This document shows, piece by piece, positions 39,557 through 54,927 of a stretch of DNA of 64,000 nucleotides. Numbering within the stretch: the first letter of the stretch is position 1; each line of letters starts with the position of its first letter. The notes below the pieces were generated by a model. It was not told the DNA's origin. It searched no databases and saw only the letters and a list, made by a program, of their open reading frames with translations. The DNA comes from Octopus vulgaris. Its lineage: Eukaryota. The translations under genes and the position numbers were made by a program. The stretch is taken from contig OX597820.1 of the NCBI GenBank assembly GCA_951406725.2, positions 50,096,001-50,160,000 of the forward strand, given 5' to 3'.

Positions 39557-39830
39557 TATGCACAATTGTTGAAAGATCGTTAAAGCATGCATAACAGTAA
39601 AATAGTCATAAATTTATGCATATTTTCAATATGAACATTAATGAATGTAAAATTGCTATATATTTATTAATGTATGCATGCTTACTGTACGGTTGGTAAT
39701 GAATGAATAATTGTTATATAGTCGTTAAAATATGCATAGCTGCTATATGGCCTTTAATATATGCATAATTGCTATAGGAATGTTAATTTGTGCATAATTG
39801 CAATACGGTCGCTAACGTATGCATAGTTTT
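39557..39830. repeat. degenerate 29-bp minisatellite (about 9-10 units)
   Basis: ATGCATA.TTGCTATA.GGTCGTTAAT.T recurring with period 29 (e.g. 39732, 39761). Confidence 0.75.
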
Positions 39831-39938
39831 CATATTGCAAATGAAATTCATATCTTTAAAAGATGTAATCAACTTCAAAATACTTTAAAATCCTTTCTGC
39901 TTATGCTTACATGTGAACGCAGATACACGTAGACGAAC

Positions 39939-40012
<74 letters not shown>

Positions 40013-40222
40013 ACACACACACACACGCTTTATAAAGTGTACGTATCATTGCGTGCGATCATACACGCACATTATACATTTGCCGAGTGTAATGTATGTG
40101 TTTATATATATATGTACGCAAGTATATAATGGAATGCGTGTATATGAATGAATATGTGCATACCTACATACATATACCTATATATATATATAGATATATA
40201 GATAGATAGATAGATACATACA

Positions 40223-40255
<33 letters not shown>

Positions 40256-40277
40256 GTATATATATATATATATATAT

Positions 40278-40318
<41 letters not shown>

Positions 40319-41081
40319 CTACGTGTATTAATGTATGAATGCGTGCTTGATTAAGCGTACGTAAATGAGCGATAGAGAAAGGGAGCGGGAAAGAAAGAGA
40401 GAAAAAGAGAGAGAGAGAGAGTAACTCAAATTGAATAAATTTGAGTTGAAGTGTCTGTCATGAACAAAGAAATATATTTCCTCTTTACTCAGTTAATAAA
40501 AGACTATCACCAATGGAATTGACCAATTTACGAAATATAAAGAATATTTACTCTTCAATAATTTCGTTTCACTTCAACTTTCTTCATCAATATTTACTAT
40601 TCAACGTTTGTGTTGATCTTAGCAATTAACAAGTCAATACGATACTTTATGTTTTATTCTCATGTTCTAGTTTACTTCCCAACAATTTTTTTGTATTCTC
40701 TATGTTCATTCACAAACAAACAGTACACATATATGTACTTAGAATTACGAACACAGATTTTGATAATCAAGACGCGCACGCATACACTCTCATACGTAAG
40801 GAAACACGCACAAACGCTGATATAGATATAGACACATAGATATAGACACATAGGTTAGTGTTGTGGTGTAGGCGTTGTTAGTATATTTCTGTGTGAGTGT
40901 GCGTGTGTATGTATGTATGTATGTATGTATGTGGATGTATGCATATACTAACAAATACGTACGCATATATGTGTGTTGTGTTGTAGGCGTATTTTGTAAT
41001 TGTGCGTGTCTATGTGTGTGTGTAAATACACACACGTAGGCCTACGCATACACCCACGGTGGTGCGCAAGCGCATGCGTAA

Positions 41082-41117
<36 letters not shown>

Positions 41118-41429
41118 AGACTCATAAGCATACACACATAAGTGCACAGAGTTATGTAGATATATCATGTAAGTTGCGGAAATTAAAGACAAATTATATT
41201 TTAAACCGAATTCCTTGCTAGGAGCGGTCTTTAGGAAAGATATGGTTATATACTCCGATCACCACTACTGTATTTTTGTCACACTGTTAGGCAGATTTTT
41301 GTCTAGTTTCGATTATTTTATTTTAGTTTTCCATTTTCTGATTTGGTTCTTTTTATCATCAGGAATGAATCGGTGAATTATCGGATTTAGTGATGCTTTT
41401 TTTTCAGTTTTTTTTTTAAATTTTCGTTA

Positions 41430-43642
41430 ATACAGACATTTGGTGACGATCAGTGCGTTAGAAACTGAAAAATTATATGGGATTGTTTTCTAAAACAACC
41501 TATCCACTTGTGTCAGAACCCGAGCTGTCAAGGATCAGCTTACTATGAAATACGCTTTTCTGTAGACGATGAAAAAGAGTGCCGGACCATTTGGCATAAC
41601 CATGGTTCCTGGTTTCTTCTCATTTATTTCAGTTGGCTGTATTCTCAAATTTTAACGCCAAGTAACAATTGATGAAAAAGGTAGGTTACCAAAGAGATAA
41701 TGGTTAATGACAGTGCACACATTAATATAAAGGAATATGGTTTACTCGACATCTTTATGTGACAAACATTGTGCTGTTGGAGGGATTGCACTATTCCAAA
41801 GATATTTATAAAATCAATCAAACATTTGTTTGCACAGAAAATCTTGATAACAGTGAAATCATAATTTATAATTTTATGGAGATATTTTAAATGCTATTGC
41901 TTAATCTCTATAAATAATAGTTTCAAATTTTGCCACAAGGGCAGCCATTTTGGGGAAGAGGTTGAGTCGTTTACACCAACCCCAGTATTCAACTGGTACT
42001 TATTTTATCGACTCCGAAGGGATGAAAGGCAAAGTGAAGCTCGGCAGAATTTGAACTCACAAAGCAACGACGGGCGAAATACCGCTAAGCATTTCGTCCA
42101 GCGTGCTAACGATTCTGTCAGCTAGCCAGCTTAATATCTATTAATAATAGACACCCATACTGGATGCATTTAGGTTCTGGCTGGTAACCTTATCTGAATA
42201 AGCAATTAAACATTTGAATTGTGATTCTGTTTATTTAGTATAGATCTCTAATTTCCTAGATTTTAAGAGATAGTACTTTATACTGTACTGTAGTTGAAAA
42301 GCATTTAGATTCTGTCTATCCTCCTATTTTACTTTTATCCTAAGGATTCTCTAAAGAATATTATAAACGTTTGAGAAGAAGGACACTGATTTCTTTTGCA
42401 CCGCGTGTATAGGGAAACGTTTGGGAAAGGTCTTTGTCTACTTAGTAGTCACTTTGGTTACCATAGTGAAGCTCCATCATATAAAAGATTTCATAATGGT
42501 AATTTGAAGCCCTCCATTCCTATTGCACACTCCGTTCATCTTCATGAATGATATGAGAAGATGGAACTTCATGCCATTGCCTATGAAAGATACTCATGGA
42601 AAGTATGTGGAATTTTAAGTCATTGGAATGTTAATGGAAATGCAGTTAGGTTTCACAAAATACTATTGTTTCTTGTGCCTTTGGAATATTCGGGCAACTG
42701 ACAGACATTATTCGAAATCAAACTGGCAGACAAGAACATCATATCACACAGGACTGTCTAGCGTCAAGAATATACCGCTTGTAGATCAATGTACTGTCCA
42801 ATTGGCTCCTTTGCACATAAAGCTTAGAATGATGAAACAGTTTATAAAGTCAGTTGGGAAGAGACATACTAGATGGTTCGAGTAGATTGTAGAAAAGTTT
42901 CTCAAAATCACACAGGCGAAGTTGAAAGTGGGTATCTTTGTCGAACCCCAATTAGAGAAGTATTCAAAGATGTCAACTTCAGGATAACACTGGATGAACT
43001 GGAACTGCCTGCCTGGAAGGCTTTCATTTGGATCTGCGAGAATTTCTTGGGCAACAAGAAGGCAATGGACTACAAGAATGACGTCAAGAATCTTCTGAAA
43101 TGTTACTCAGCAACGGGTTGAAGCATGTCACTGAAAGTTCACTCCTTGGACTCCCATACAGATATTTTCACAGACAACTTTGGAGCAGTGTCTGATGAAC
43201 ATGGTCAAAGATTTCACCGGGACAGTAGTGCTATGGAGAAACGGTACCAAGGCTTCTAGCATGACAGTATCCCGGCTGACTACTGCTGGACAGTTAACCG
43301 TGATCAACTAGATCAGGAACACTGCAGGAAATCTAAATCACAATGTTTCTAACTCTGTTGTTCTTTGTTTTGTCTGACCTGTTTTTGTACTCACTGTTTC
43401 TAGAAAAGATAGTAATGATTTTTAACTCAATAAATTCATTTACTTTCTAAAAATAATATGTCCTTATTTATTACGTTAATGATTTCATATACACAAATAT
43501 GTAAATACTTGCATGTATCTACTGCAAAACTGATACTTGCTGCATACAAATGGAGTGCAATTTTGAAATTAGCATGAAAAAGTCTAAAAATGTCGGTTTG
43601 CATTCATAATTAGTATAATACATTTAATTTTGTTGACCAATG
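41430..43642 (+). mobile_element. CMC/Chapaev3-like DNA transposon remnant (transposase pseudogene)
   Basis: PFGITMV (about 41588), MQLGFTKYYCFLCLW, PLHIKLRMMKQFIK, FLGNKK, MSLKVHSLDSH..FTDNFGAVSDEHGQRFHRD..MEKRYQG...ADYCW; 3' end TTTTGTTGACCAATG; 5' boundary uncertain. Confidence 0.8.
41921..42130 (-). mobile_element. SINE family A nested in the Chapaev3-like element
   Basis: Reverse-complement family A core; about 20-bp TSD TTAAT(C/A)TCTAT(A/T)AATAATAG at 41901-41920 and 42131-42150. Confidence 0.85.
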
Positions 43643-44698
43643 TAATTGGCAGTTTGTTCATTACAACCTCAAATATTTGTGTATTATAAATTAGAAATAT
43701 CTGATATGAAGAACTGACATTTTATGGAAACATTAAGTAGAAATGTGTTTTGATACGTATAAAACGTGTGAAGTACAGAGAGAGGAATCTAAAATATAGG
43801 ACTACAGGAGCGGAACTAGGATTACTCTTCAAATTAATTCCATACCTCGAAATCAGTGCTTCAGTCTATGACTGTAGAACATAATAGGATGTCGTTAACA
43901 TAGTCTTCAGACGTAATACAGGTCTTCTAGACCTGGGAAGCGGGTACCAGAGATCGGGTAGAGATTGACTACATGTGCACCGAACAAATCAGTGCTACAT
44001 ATACACGATTTGGTCAAATCGAGGACACATGTCGAGACCAATGCCTGCTATTTGAATATACGTTGGTGAAATACTTTTAATTATGAGCGAACTTGTTTCA
44101 TTGTAATTTTAATACGTCTGCAGGCTACGAGAAAGCAATTAGAAGAGATTTGCTTACAGACATACAAAGATAAATGAAAGCCCATTGTAGAGTTTATCTG
44201 CGGAAATGCACAATTTCGGATGATTTTGATTATTCGCAATGAAGAAATGTTAAATCCCTTGAAGACGTAGCTTTGGAACTAAGAGCAATAATTTTAATAT
44301 AAACATTGCTAACAGCAACAGCATTCAAACAACAACAAAAAAAGGCAATATCATTAACGCTGCGTAAATTAGAGTAAATTTGTAAATATAAGACACATAT
44401 ACAGTAGCAAGACTCGCTCTGTCTTTCTTTCTCTCTCTCTCTCACTCCCTCTTTCTCTTTCTCTCACAGACACATATGCATATAGAAATATCTATGTGTG
44501 TGCGCGGCGCGAGAGTGCATAAACATTCAAAGAATACATAGATGCATATACACATAAGTATATAAATATTAATGTTAAATTAGCTAACCTACAAGTGAGA
44601 ACAAACGGATACTGATGAAAGGAGTCGAATGTTGTGTTGGAAATAACTTTATTATATATTGGGTTTGACTGTAGCATCATATATATATATGTATATAT

Positions 44699-44756
<58 letters not shown>

Positions 44757-45458
44757 GTATGTATATGTATATATATATATATACATACATACATATGTGT
44801 GTATCTGTATTCATATATAAATAAATAGATGTACCAATATATACGCATGATTACCTACTAACCCACCTACCTACATGCTGCTATTTATGTTTACATATAT
44901 ACCTATCCCTACATACCTTCATGCATGCATAAATGCATACACATATTAATATATATGTATACACACACACACACACACATATATATATATGTATACATAC
45001 ATATATATGTATGTACATATATGTGTATATATATATAATATAATATAATATTATATTATATATATAGGCAGCTAAAGAGAAGTTCGTAAAAGCTAGAACG
45101 CGGAACTAAAGAGATATTTATTGATGTTCCGCCTGTATCTAGTTATCTGAGATTTCCTAGTGTCTAGTGTCTTTGTACATAGTTATATACTCAATGTAGA
45201 ACATATCTGAAGTAGTTCCTGGCCTGCAGCTAACATCAACTTTGATAAGAAGTGCTATACAGTGAGTAAGTTCTGTAGTTCTACTCAGTACATTTGTACA
45301 AAGATTTTACATTGCATATTATCAGGTAGTGTATAGGACGTAGACAGTTTCAAGAATTCAAGTTTGTACAAGTAAACACGGACGTTTACATATGCACACA
45401 TACATATGTATCACATCTTAAAAGCAAATATACGTATGTACACTTTATTTGTGTTAAC

Positions 45459-45508
<50 letters not shown>

Positions 45509-45813
45509 CATATATATGTATGTATATATATATATGTATATGTGTATGTACGTATGCATGTGTGTGTATTTTTGTGAGTATATATATACACATATATGTT
45601 TGCATATATATATAAATATATATGTGTGTGTGTGTTTGTGTCTGTGTATGTGTATGTATGTATACGTGTGTGTGTGTGTATTTTAGTGAGTACGTACGCA
45701 TATATATAGTTATATTTAGTTACATGAATGTCCATTAAAACTTAAACTAAGCCGCGAGACAATTCTATTATCTCAAAAGAAAAACCAATGAATAAAATTA
45801 TAAATATACGCCC

Positions 45814-45847
<34 letters not shown>

Positions 45848-45851
45848 ATGC

Positions 45852-45990
<139 letters not shown>

Positions 45991-46199
45991 GATATGCTAA
46001 ATAACAAACAAGAGCGATTACAAAACACTCCATAACATACAGAGATTAATTCAGATACTAAAATATGTCGAAAAAGTTTACGAATACAATCGCAGTTTCA
46101 AATATCGAACTTCTGAATAGTGATCAGATGAAACTACTGCAGACTCTCAACGAGAATATTTATATATAGTGAGGCATATGTATGCATGGATACATGGCA

Positions 46200-46274
<75 letters not shown>

Positions 46275-46275
46275 A

Positions 46276-46765
46276 TTTATTTAAAAGCAGCGAAAATTCA
46301 ACAAAACCTATTACTCGGAGTTTCACGTTCCCGTTCGTCGGACAGTTTTGTTAAAATAGAACCGATATGACAATTCTTTCAAGACTAGTATAAACGTTAC
46401 ACCTTTAAAAATGGATTTGTTTGATTGGTCCTTTCAAATTAAGGTCAGATGCGAGCGATAAACAAAAATAAACAAAACAAATAAATGGGTTCAATATAAA
46501 ATATAAAATTATAAAAATTATTTTTTGTTCATCGCTCGCATATGACCGTTATTTGAAAGGACCAATCAAACAAATCCATTTTTAAAGGTGTATCGTTTAT
46601 ACTTATCGGTTCTATTTTAGCAAAAGTGTCCGACGAACGGGAACGTGAAACTCCGAGTAACAGGCTTTGTTGAACTTCCGCTGCTTTTAAATAAAGCATA
46701 TTACTCTACCCCTGGTATTTGAGTACTCTTTTTTCCACCTTGTTTCACATTTATGTGTTTACTCC

Positions 46766-46768
<3 letters not shown>
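46276..46768. mobile_element. fold-back element (about 180-195-bp arms) with a hammerhead-like motif in each arm
   Basis: 46276-46470 inverted against 46517-46695; plus arm TGT-CCGACGA-ACG(GGAA)CGT-GAAA-CTCCGAG-TA/ACA at 46627-46662; flanked by (GA)n and (TA)n. Confidence 0.75.
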
Positions 46769-46841
<73 letters not shown>

Positions 46842-47668
46842 TATATGGTGATTGCTCCATCTTCATGGATGATTTCCACTCTCTTATATTACGTTTTTGT
46901 GAAAATTAGTCGTGAGTTTCCATCCATAACCTCTCATGTAAATATTCGTCCTGCTGTTTTCTAACTGTGTACTTCAAAGCCGTTAGCTCTGCAAATGTCT
47001 CCTCTCTTCCATCACCACAGAAGATTCAATAGACGGAATGGCAAACAAGAAGCGAGGTCACCTTAAAGGGACATCTCTACGTTATTGGAATACGTATAAC
47101 AATTTGTAATACGTATAACAATTTGTGAGTCTTTGTGATTACTATTTAGTGCCAGGCTGAAACATGATGAACAGATTTCGGGTGAAACACTAGCGTGTCT
47201 CTCCTAGAGAGATATTGTGTCTACTGTATCCTTCACGCTTAGTGGTTTATATGTACATGCTACGTAACATAGCTAAGGCCCTGACAGGCTGTACTATGAT
47301 GGGATAGAGAAAACATGGGAACTGAGTGGTGGTTCCACACTCCTTGAAACACTAGACCTCTTGATTTACAAACGTATAGGGGTTCAAATTCAACGACGAG
47401 AATAACATGTTGGTTTACGTGGGAACAAGATATAGTTATTAATTTCGCCTTCGATAAGAGATTAACCATGAAGGAGAAACTTTGACATTTTGAGTATATC
47501 CCCTTTTTCAGAAATTTTCATATCTTGAAGAAGGATGAAATTGTATGTTGGTTTTGATATATATATATATATATTTGCATATATACATACACAGACAGAC
47601 ACACATATATAAGAAAGCAGTAATGTTACACATACACACACACACGCACACACACGCATATGTACATA

Positions 47669-47702
<34 letters not shown>

Positions 47703-47959
47703 CACACACACACACACACACACATACTCACACGTACACGCACACATGTTTGCTATATTGATGAGACTATATTCCAAGTTGTGTCCTCGTAAAGTAATCT
47801 GTCTATTCCAGTGATCAAAGGTATGTATGCAAATGTTTTATTTCAAATGAGGAAATCAGTTTCCAATTGTTTAAGTATACTATTTTGAATCTTTGTCAGA
47901 AAATCTACATTTGGGTGATGTCCTACATGTTTATCCAATATACCTTAAATCTTTCATAC

Positions 47960-48865
47960 CTCACTTGTTTCAGTCGTTAGACTGCGGTCATGCTGGGGCA
48001 TCACCATGAAGAATTTATAGTCGTGTGATTCGATCTCAGGAATTATTTTTTTTAAAATCTGTGTCATTCTATTGGTCTCGTTTACCGGACTGCTAGGTTA
48101 GGGAGAGGTAAGCACATCAACACCGGTTGCCAAGCGGTGATGGGGGAACGAACATAGACACAAAGAGACGTCTGCACACATACAAACACACACAATCACA
48201 CACACACATAACCGCACTCACATACACAAACAAGCGCACACATGTATACGATGACCTTATTTAACTCATACTAATTTGGCCGGACCAAGGTTAAAGTACA
48301 AGACACCCGTCCAAGGTGCCCCGCAGTAGGACTGAATCAGGGACCGTGTGACTGGAAGGTAAACTTGTGTATTTCTCTTATGAATTTACTATATTTATAT
48401 TACAATTGATATTTATTTTCATAAAATATATTTCTCATTATAAGCGTAGGCATGGCTGTGGGCAAGAAGCTTGCTTCCCAATGACATGGTTCCGGGTTCA
48501 GTTCCATTGCATGGCATCTTGGGCAATTGTCTTCTACTATAGCCTCGGGTCGACCAAAGTATTGTGAGTGGATTTGGTAGATGGAAACTGAAAGAAGCCC
48601 CCATATATATGTATGTATGTGTATGTGTGTGTGTGTGTGTCTTTGTATATATGTGTGTGTGTCTTTGTTTCGGGGTTTATCACACCCTCCAACATCGCTT
48701 GACATCCGGTGTTCGTGCATTGAAGTCTCCGTAACTTAGCGGTTCGGCTAAACAGACTGATATAATAAGTATTAAGTTTAAAAAGTACTGGGGTCGATTT
48801 GCTTCACTAAAACCCTTCAAGGCGGTGCTCCAGCATGGCCACAGTCAAATGACAGAAACAAGGAA
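47960..48865. mobile_element. head-to-head pair of family B SINEs (minus 47960-48365, plus 48445-48865)
   Basis: Both match the family B head and tail sequences. Confidence 0.85.
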
Positions 48866-48956
48866 ACAGAGTATCTTGTAATGAAACACGTGTATCACAG
48901 AATTAACATGGTAGTAGTAAATAGTACCACACATTCCAGTCTTTGTTTAATATATA

Positions 48957-49038
<82 letters not shown>

Positions 49039-49691
49039 TGTATGTATGTATGTATGTATGTATATCTTCCGAATGTATGTGCGAGTGCTATTTTCGCAAT
49101 GTGTGTTCGATTCACTGTTTCTATTAATAATTATTTTTTTCATATTTCTTTATTGGCTCTATATTTTGAAACAATTACTTTCATCTATTGATCAATACTT
49201 CTGATAACCCTTAACCCCGTACTTTAGATGAAGTCTGCTTCGAGGCATTTGTATTGCCGAATTTTTTGAAGTGCGAACAATGAAGGCGTTTATATATTTT
49301 TTTTGTAGAAATTCTCCTACACATATAAACATGCATATGACGATTTCGAATTTATTTGTAGCAATAGTTTCATTTATTAGTAACTACGCACTAACAAACA
49401 AGAAGAAGAAGAAAAAAATAGTGACACACAAAAATAGCAATAACAACTATTTAATCCAGGAGATGAAGCCAATGATAATTAGAAACGTTTAGTGAATTAG
49501 TAAAGCTATTTTTGAAAATTAAATATAAAAGATTACTAAAGAAATATTAGAAAAAAATTGATTAATTGATTGATTATTAATTGATTAAAGTTGAACACTG
49601 TCTAGGAAGGTTGTCTTTATATAGGTTTGAAAGGAAAATTGTTTTCCATATATCCTCCATTTACACACCACATAAACATGCACACACTCAC

Positions 49692-49722
<31 letters not shown>

Positions 49723-49789
49723 TGTATGTATGTATGTATGTATGTATGTATGTATGTATGTATATTTTTGAGAGTCATATACATTCGCT

Positions 49790-50280
49790 TGCTTTCTTCC
49801 AAAGAATTCAGTGCTCTTAGCTTAGACTTTCTTGGGTTCGCCCAGATTAAAGCAATCTCAAGATTAACCGTCCGAAACTGCAAAAACGATCTGCTTCTCG
49901 ACTGATGATTGAAAGCTCTGAATGACCCGTCGACGTATTTTGGGGTCAGTCACTATAGCACAGATGTGACTCGCCATGCTGTATGGAATGTTTCTTTTGA
50001 TGTGTGATGAATGGCAAGAGTAGAAATTTAAATATTGGTATGTATCAGTTTTTTTTGTAAAATATGTCTGTTGTGACTGTGGAGTTCTGTATTTTTATGT
50101 GGGTATCCAGGAATGGTAGTTCATAGTAAATTTGATTGTTGGGTGAAGTGTGTTCAGTATATTGTTAAATATATTTTGATCTTCATTCGATTTGTCTCAG
50201 AAGATGAAGCAATCATAAAGGAAGCGTTTCCACTATTTAATGATATATTTCTTATACTAATCAAAAGCTGTTTCTACTGC

Positions 50281-50283
<3 letters not shown>
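49790..50283 (-). mobile_element. Penelope-like element reverse transcriptase remnant
   Basis: [11 protein letters not shown]...[11 protein letters not shown] (fs) [10 protein letters not shown]....TDIFYKKTDTYQYLNFYSCHSSHIKRNIPYSMASHIC matches PLE RT motifs 5-7 and thumb; the YxDD motif is decayed. Confidence 0.85.
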
Positions 50284-50361
<78 letters not shown>

Positions 50362-50386
50362 TGCACATACATACATACATACATAA

Positions 50387-51160
<774 letters not shown>

Positions 51161-52134
51161 ATTTATGTATGTATGTATGTATGTATGTATGTATGTATGT
51201 ATGTATGTATGTATGTATGTAGTATGGTTGAAAAAAGATTAGAGTTCTATGTAGATCGAATTTTTACAAATAAAAAATTAAGGTGGAAATAGCACAGAAG
51301 TAAATCTAAGAAATTTTAATTTAGAAAGAATTTAATAAAAATGATTTTAAAATTATATAATATTACCAGTTTCGATGACGAATCTCATCTTACCAAATAT
51401 TAGTAAAAATTTATATAAGTTTGAAATATATATATATATAGGCGCAGAAGTGACTATGTGGTAAAAACCTTACTTCACAACATCATGGTTCCAGGTTCAG
51501 TCCCACTGCGTGGCACCTTCGGAAAGTATCTTCTGCTATAGCCTCGGGTCGGCCAAAGTATACTTTTAATTTAATATTTAAAAAAGATTTTGTTAATTGA
51601 AGATGAATATCTGCCTTACTGCCCCCTTTGAGGTCGCAGATATTTTGATGTAACTTCTTTCCTACTGAACCAAATTTCAAACTATTTATGCCAAAGCGTA
51701 GCTGAGGAGGTGTCCTCTTTAAAACTATCAACGGAATTAGTGGTGAAGCTTGGAAGCTGCTGCGATTGACGAAATGGTGAACTTAAGAATGTATTCAACC
51801 ACGGTAGTGGCTGAATGATAAATAGGTAAAAATCACAGAGCCTAAGTAAACAAACAGAAAATACTATGCAGAGTTTGACAATCGAAAAATCAGGTACCTG
51901 AGATCTGTCCACACTTTTTTTTTTATTTGCCACTCGTCTTTTGCCATTCTCTTCGTTAATAAATGTATCCCGGGATAAGGTAGATTCACTTCTCTTCATT
52001 GTACACTTATTTGTAGCTTCCTCTTTAACTCAAACTAATTCGCTACACACAGACACACACGATGTTTACTTATTTATTATCCTTACGCCTACGCAGAATT
52101 ATTCACCGCTACTTCGCGAATTGGCCATAACAAG

Positions 52135-52166
<32 letters not shown>

Positions 52167-52849
52167 CGTATTCATTCAAACTTTCTTATTTGCACTGTTT
52201 TCTTTAGGTTTATGTTTTTCTTTTCGAAAACAACTGCCTATGGTTTTGATTGTATATACTTGTATCTTTTTTCTGACGCTAGAATGCACTTGCATTTGAA
52301 TGTAGGTCGCGTATTGTTATTGTTATTCCATTTCAGTCGTACATTTTCGTTTATTCGAAATGCTATTTCTTCTATTGAATTGAGATATATAATGTATTTT
52401 TTTTCTTTACCACAATAACAAACTTATGGAATGTCCTGTTCATTGTATTTATATCCCACAGGCTATAGTGTAGCATAGAGTGTGCATAATTTGCGGACCG
52501 TTTAGTGTATTTCGTCTGTGACTTGGTTATTATGAGACTTCTAAAATATTATATGTCTAGTTTTCGGGCGATTTAAAGACTATTTGAATATCTAAATACT
52601 AACTAAATATCAACGATGCTACAACGAGTCTAAAATGTAATCTTGGATAGCAGCTCATTATTCTTATGGGAAATTTTCCTGCTAGTCTGGCACCTTTCAT
52701 TGATTATATTTTTTATGCGTAAATTTGTATTTTTATTCCGTTCGAATATAAGAAATTAACCAATGAATATTTAGTCTTCAGCGGCCGTAGGTACAAAATA
52801 AGTGACACAAACTTTTTCCATCTTTCTCGACCATTTGCGATTTTAGCTT

Positions 52850-53430
52850 AACTTTCATCTTCCTCTCTTCTATTATTTGTGCTTATCAACCACCTACGAT
52901 TCAGCCTTCCTGTACCTCTTTACCAGAGGTTTATCGGCATATATTCTTTAGCACCAGAATATCACGGTGTCGTATTGAAAGACCAAACCACTTCACTTGT
53001 ACGTTTTGATAAACGACAGAAGAGCTTTCCTAATTTTGCTGAATTTCCAACAATTTCTTTTCTTACACTCTCATAAGTTCAATGTTCTGTAAATTGAATA
53101 CAAAGCAACATTCTATAAGATTTCATTTCACCAGACAATTTTTTCTCTCACTTCCCGCTCCTAACGTCTTTGATTCACATCCAGATCGTGTAGTTCACAT
53201 TAAAAAGAAAATTGTTGCAATAAGTTTTTTTAAATTATTAAATTTTGGTGAAGCCGCAATAACTGCTGCAAAAATAAAATTTATTACTTTGGACGACTTC
53301 ACATCTCCCGTTATTATTCTTTACAACTATTCATACTCACCGACTCATTTTCCTTGCTATTTCAGTTAGTTTTACCATTCTATTCATTTTGGTGTTTGAA
53401 ATGTTCTGTAAATTGAATACAAAGCAACAT
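52850..53430 (-). mobile_element. decayed RTE-like LINE remnant
   Basis: Minus-strand fragments GCES.TL, EMKSYRMLLCIQFTEH and VKWFGLSIRH; internal direct repeat AATGTTCTGTAAATTGAATACAAAGCAACATTCT at about 53081 and 53400. Confidence 0.5.
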
Positions 53431-53514
53431 TCTTGGATATTCTTATGGTTAGTTTTATAGTATATATGCTTCTTCTATTCAAAATATCTCGTGTATATTT
53501 AATCAAAATAAATA

Positions 53515-53796
53515 CATCTTCTCGACTTATGACCAATTTCAATTCCAACTAAGAGGTCGTAAGTCGATCTGGTCGTATGACGAATCTATATTTTTCAACA
53601 CTATTTTCATTCAAACGCAACTGATGTTTGAAAGCAATTAGTGGCAAGCAGTGGATGCTTGGGTCTGCACATACTTCTGTAGTTATCGTACGCGCAGCTG
53701 CCTAATGTCCGAAAATCGAATTTTTAATTAATCAATTTATCTTTTTATTTCCTCATATTTTGTGGTGGTAAGTGCGGATGGTCGTAAGTCGAGGAG

Positions 53797-53800
<4 letters not shown>
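53515..53800. mobile_element. Tigger/pogo-like MITE
   Basis: Inverted ends CTTCTCGACTTATGACC / GGTCGTAAGTCGAGGAG, TA flanks. Confidence 0.6.
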
Positions 53801-53835
<35 letters not shown>

Positions 53836-54927
53836 GTCTTCTAGATGTGAGTGGATAGCAAAGTCATCAAGATGTCTGATAGAGTTTTCTAGAAGGCATG
53901 AATATCTATTCCCGTCTAATATGTATATTCAGACTTTCAACTTTCTGAATTCAAATACTACCTAAGTCAGCTTTATTTTCTATCTCTTCTGGGTCAATAA
54001 AGAAAGTACCATACCAGTATGTGAATCGATTTTTTTACATTTAGACCTAGAAAGTGGTGCGTTCTTCTAAGCTTAATATTATGTTAAACACAGTGTATGT
54101 CTCAATGGAAACCATGCGATTCCAATAGGATTTCAGGGAACAAGGAAAGACACCCCACTTTCTATTGATAAATGTCCTTCTGAGGAATGTCAGTCTCATC
54201 GAATAATGAGTAACTACTATTTGTTCTTGCATAAGAATATGCCATAAGTTTATAATGCAACAAATATCTAATTACTTTGCATCTTGTGCGTTAAAACATA
54301 ATAAATATCAATACAACATTGTGTCGGAGGTATGTCAAGCTTAATAATTGTAAATTTATGTGAGATAAACAGAGATGGCAGAATAATTTGCAACGCAATG
54401 TACAGATCTGAGCGACTGAAATAGCGTTCAATAATACATACATACGTACATACATACATGTAAATTCAGCTGATCTTTGTTATTGCTATGTAATTCCAGG
54501 TCAGGCATATCTTTGGAAGGCTAACGTCAACTGAATTAAGTCCGGGACAATTATATTTTGAAGACTCATGCTCGTAGGTTATCATTATACAAATATGTGC
54601 ATCATTTTATACAATGATAGAATGATAACTGAAGATCTATTTGATATTTCTCGCAACAAAACAAATGAGTATTGATTGCTACATCGACTTCTGATAAATA
54701 TGTATATTATGCAAATAGTTGGTGTTTAAGGCCTTCTTAAAAAATTACCAGTTGTTACAAATCTTGATTGAATAGACAAATAAGAGTTGTAACATAGGGA
54801 TATGTTGTAAGAAAGCAATAAACTATAAAAAACAATAATCTTGAATTTGTTTGTAACATTGGGCTATATATAATCAGCGATTGCTATGATCCCTGGAAAT
54901 CTAATCATACACCTACTCATACGTACA

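Noticed and set aside
49902-49925. CTGATGATTGAAAGCTC as a hammerhead
   Set aside because: There is no stem II or convincing stem I, and it lies antisense within a PLE RT remnant; likely chance.
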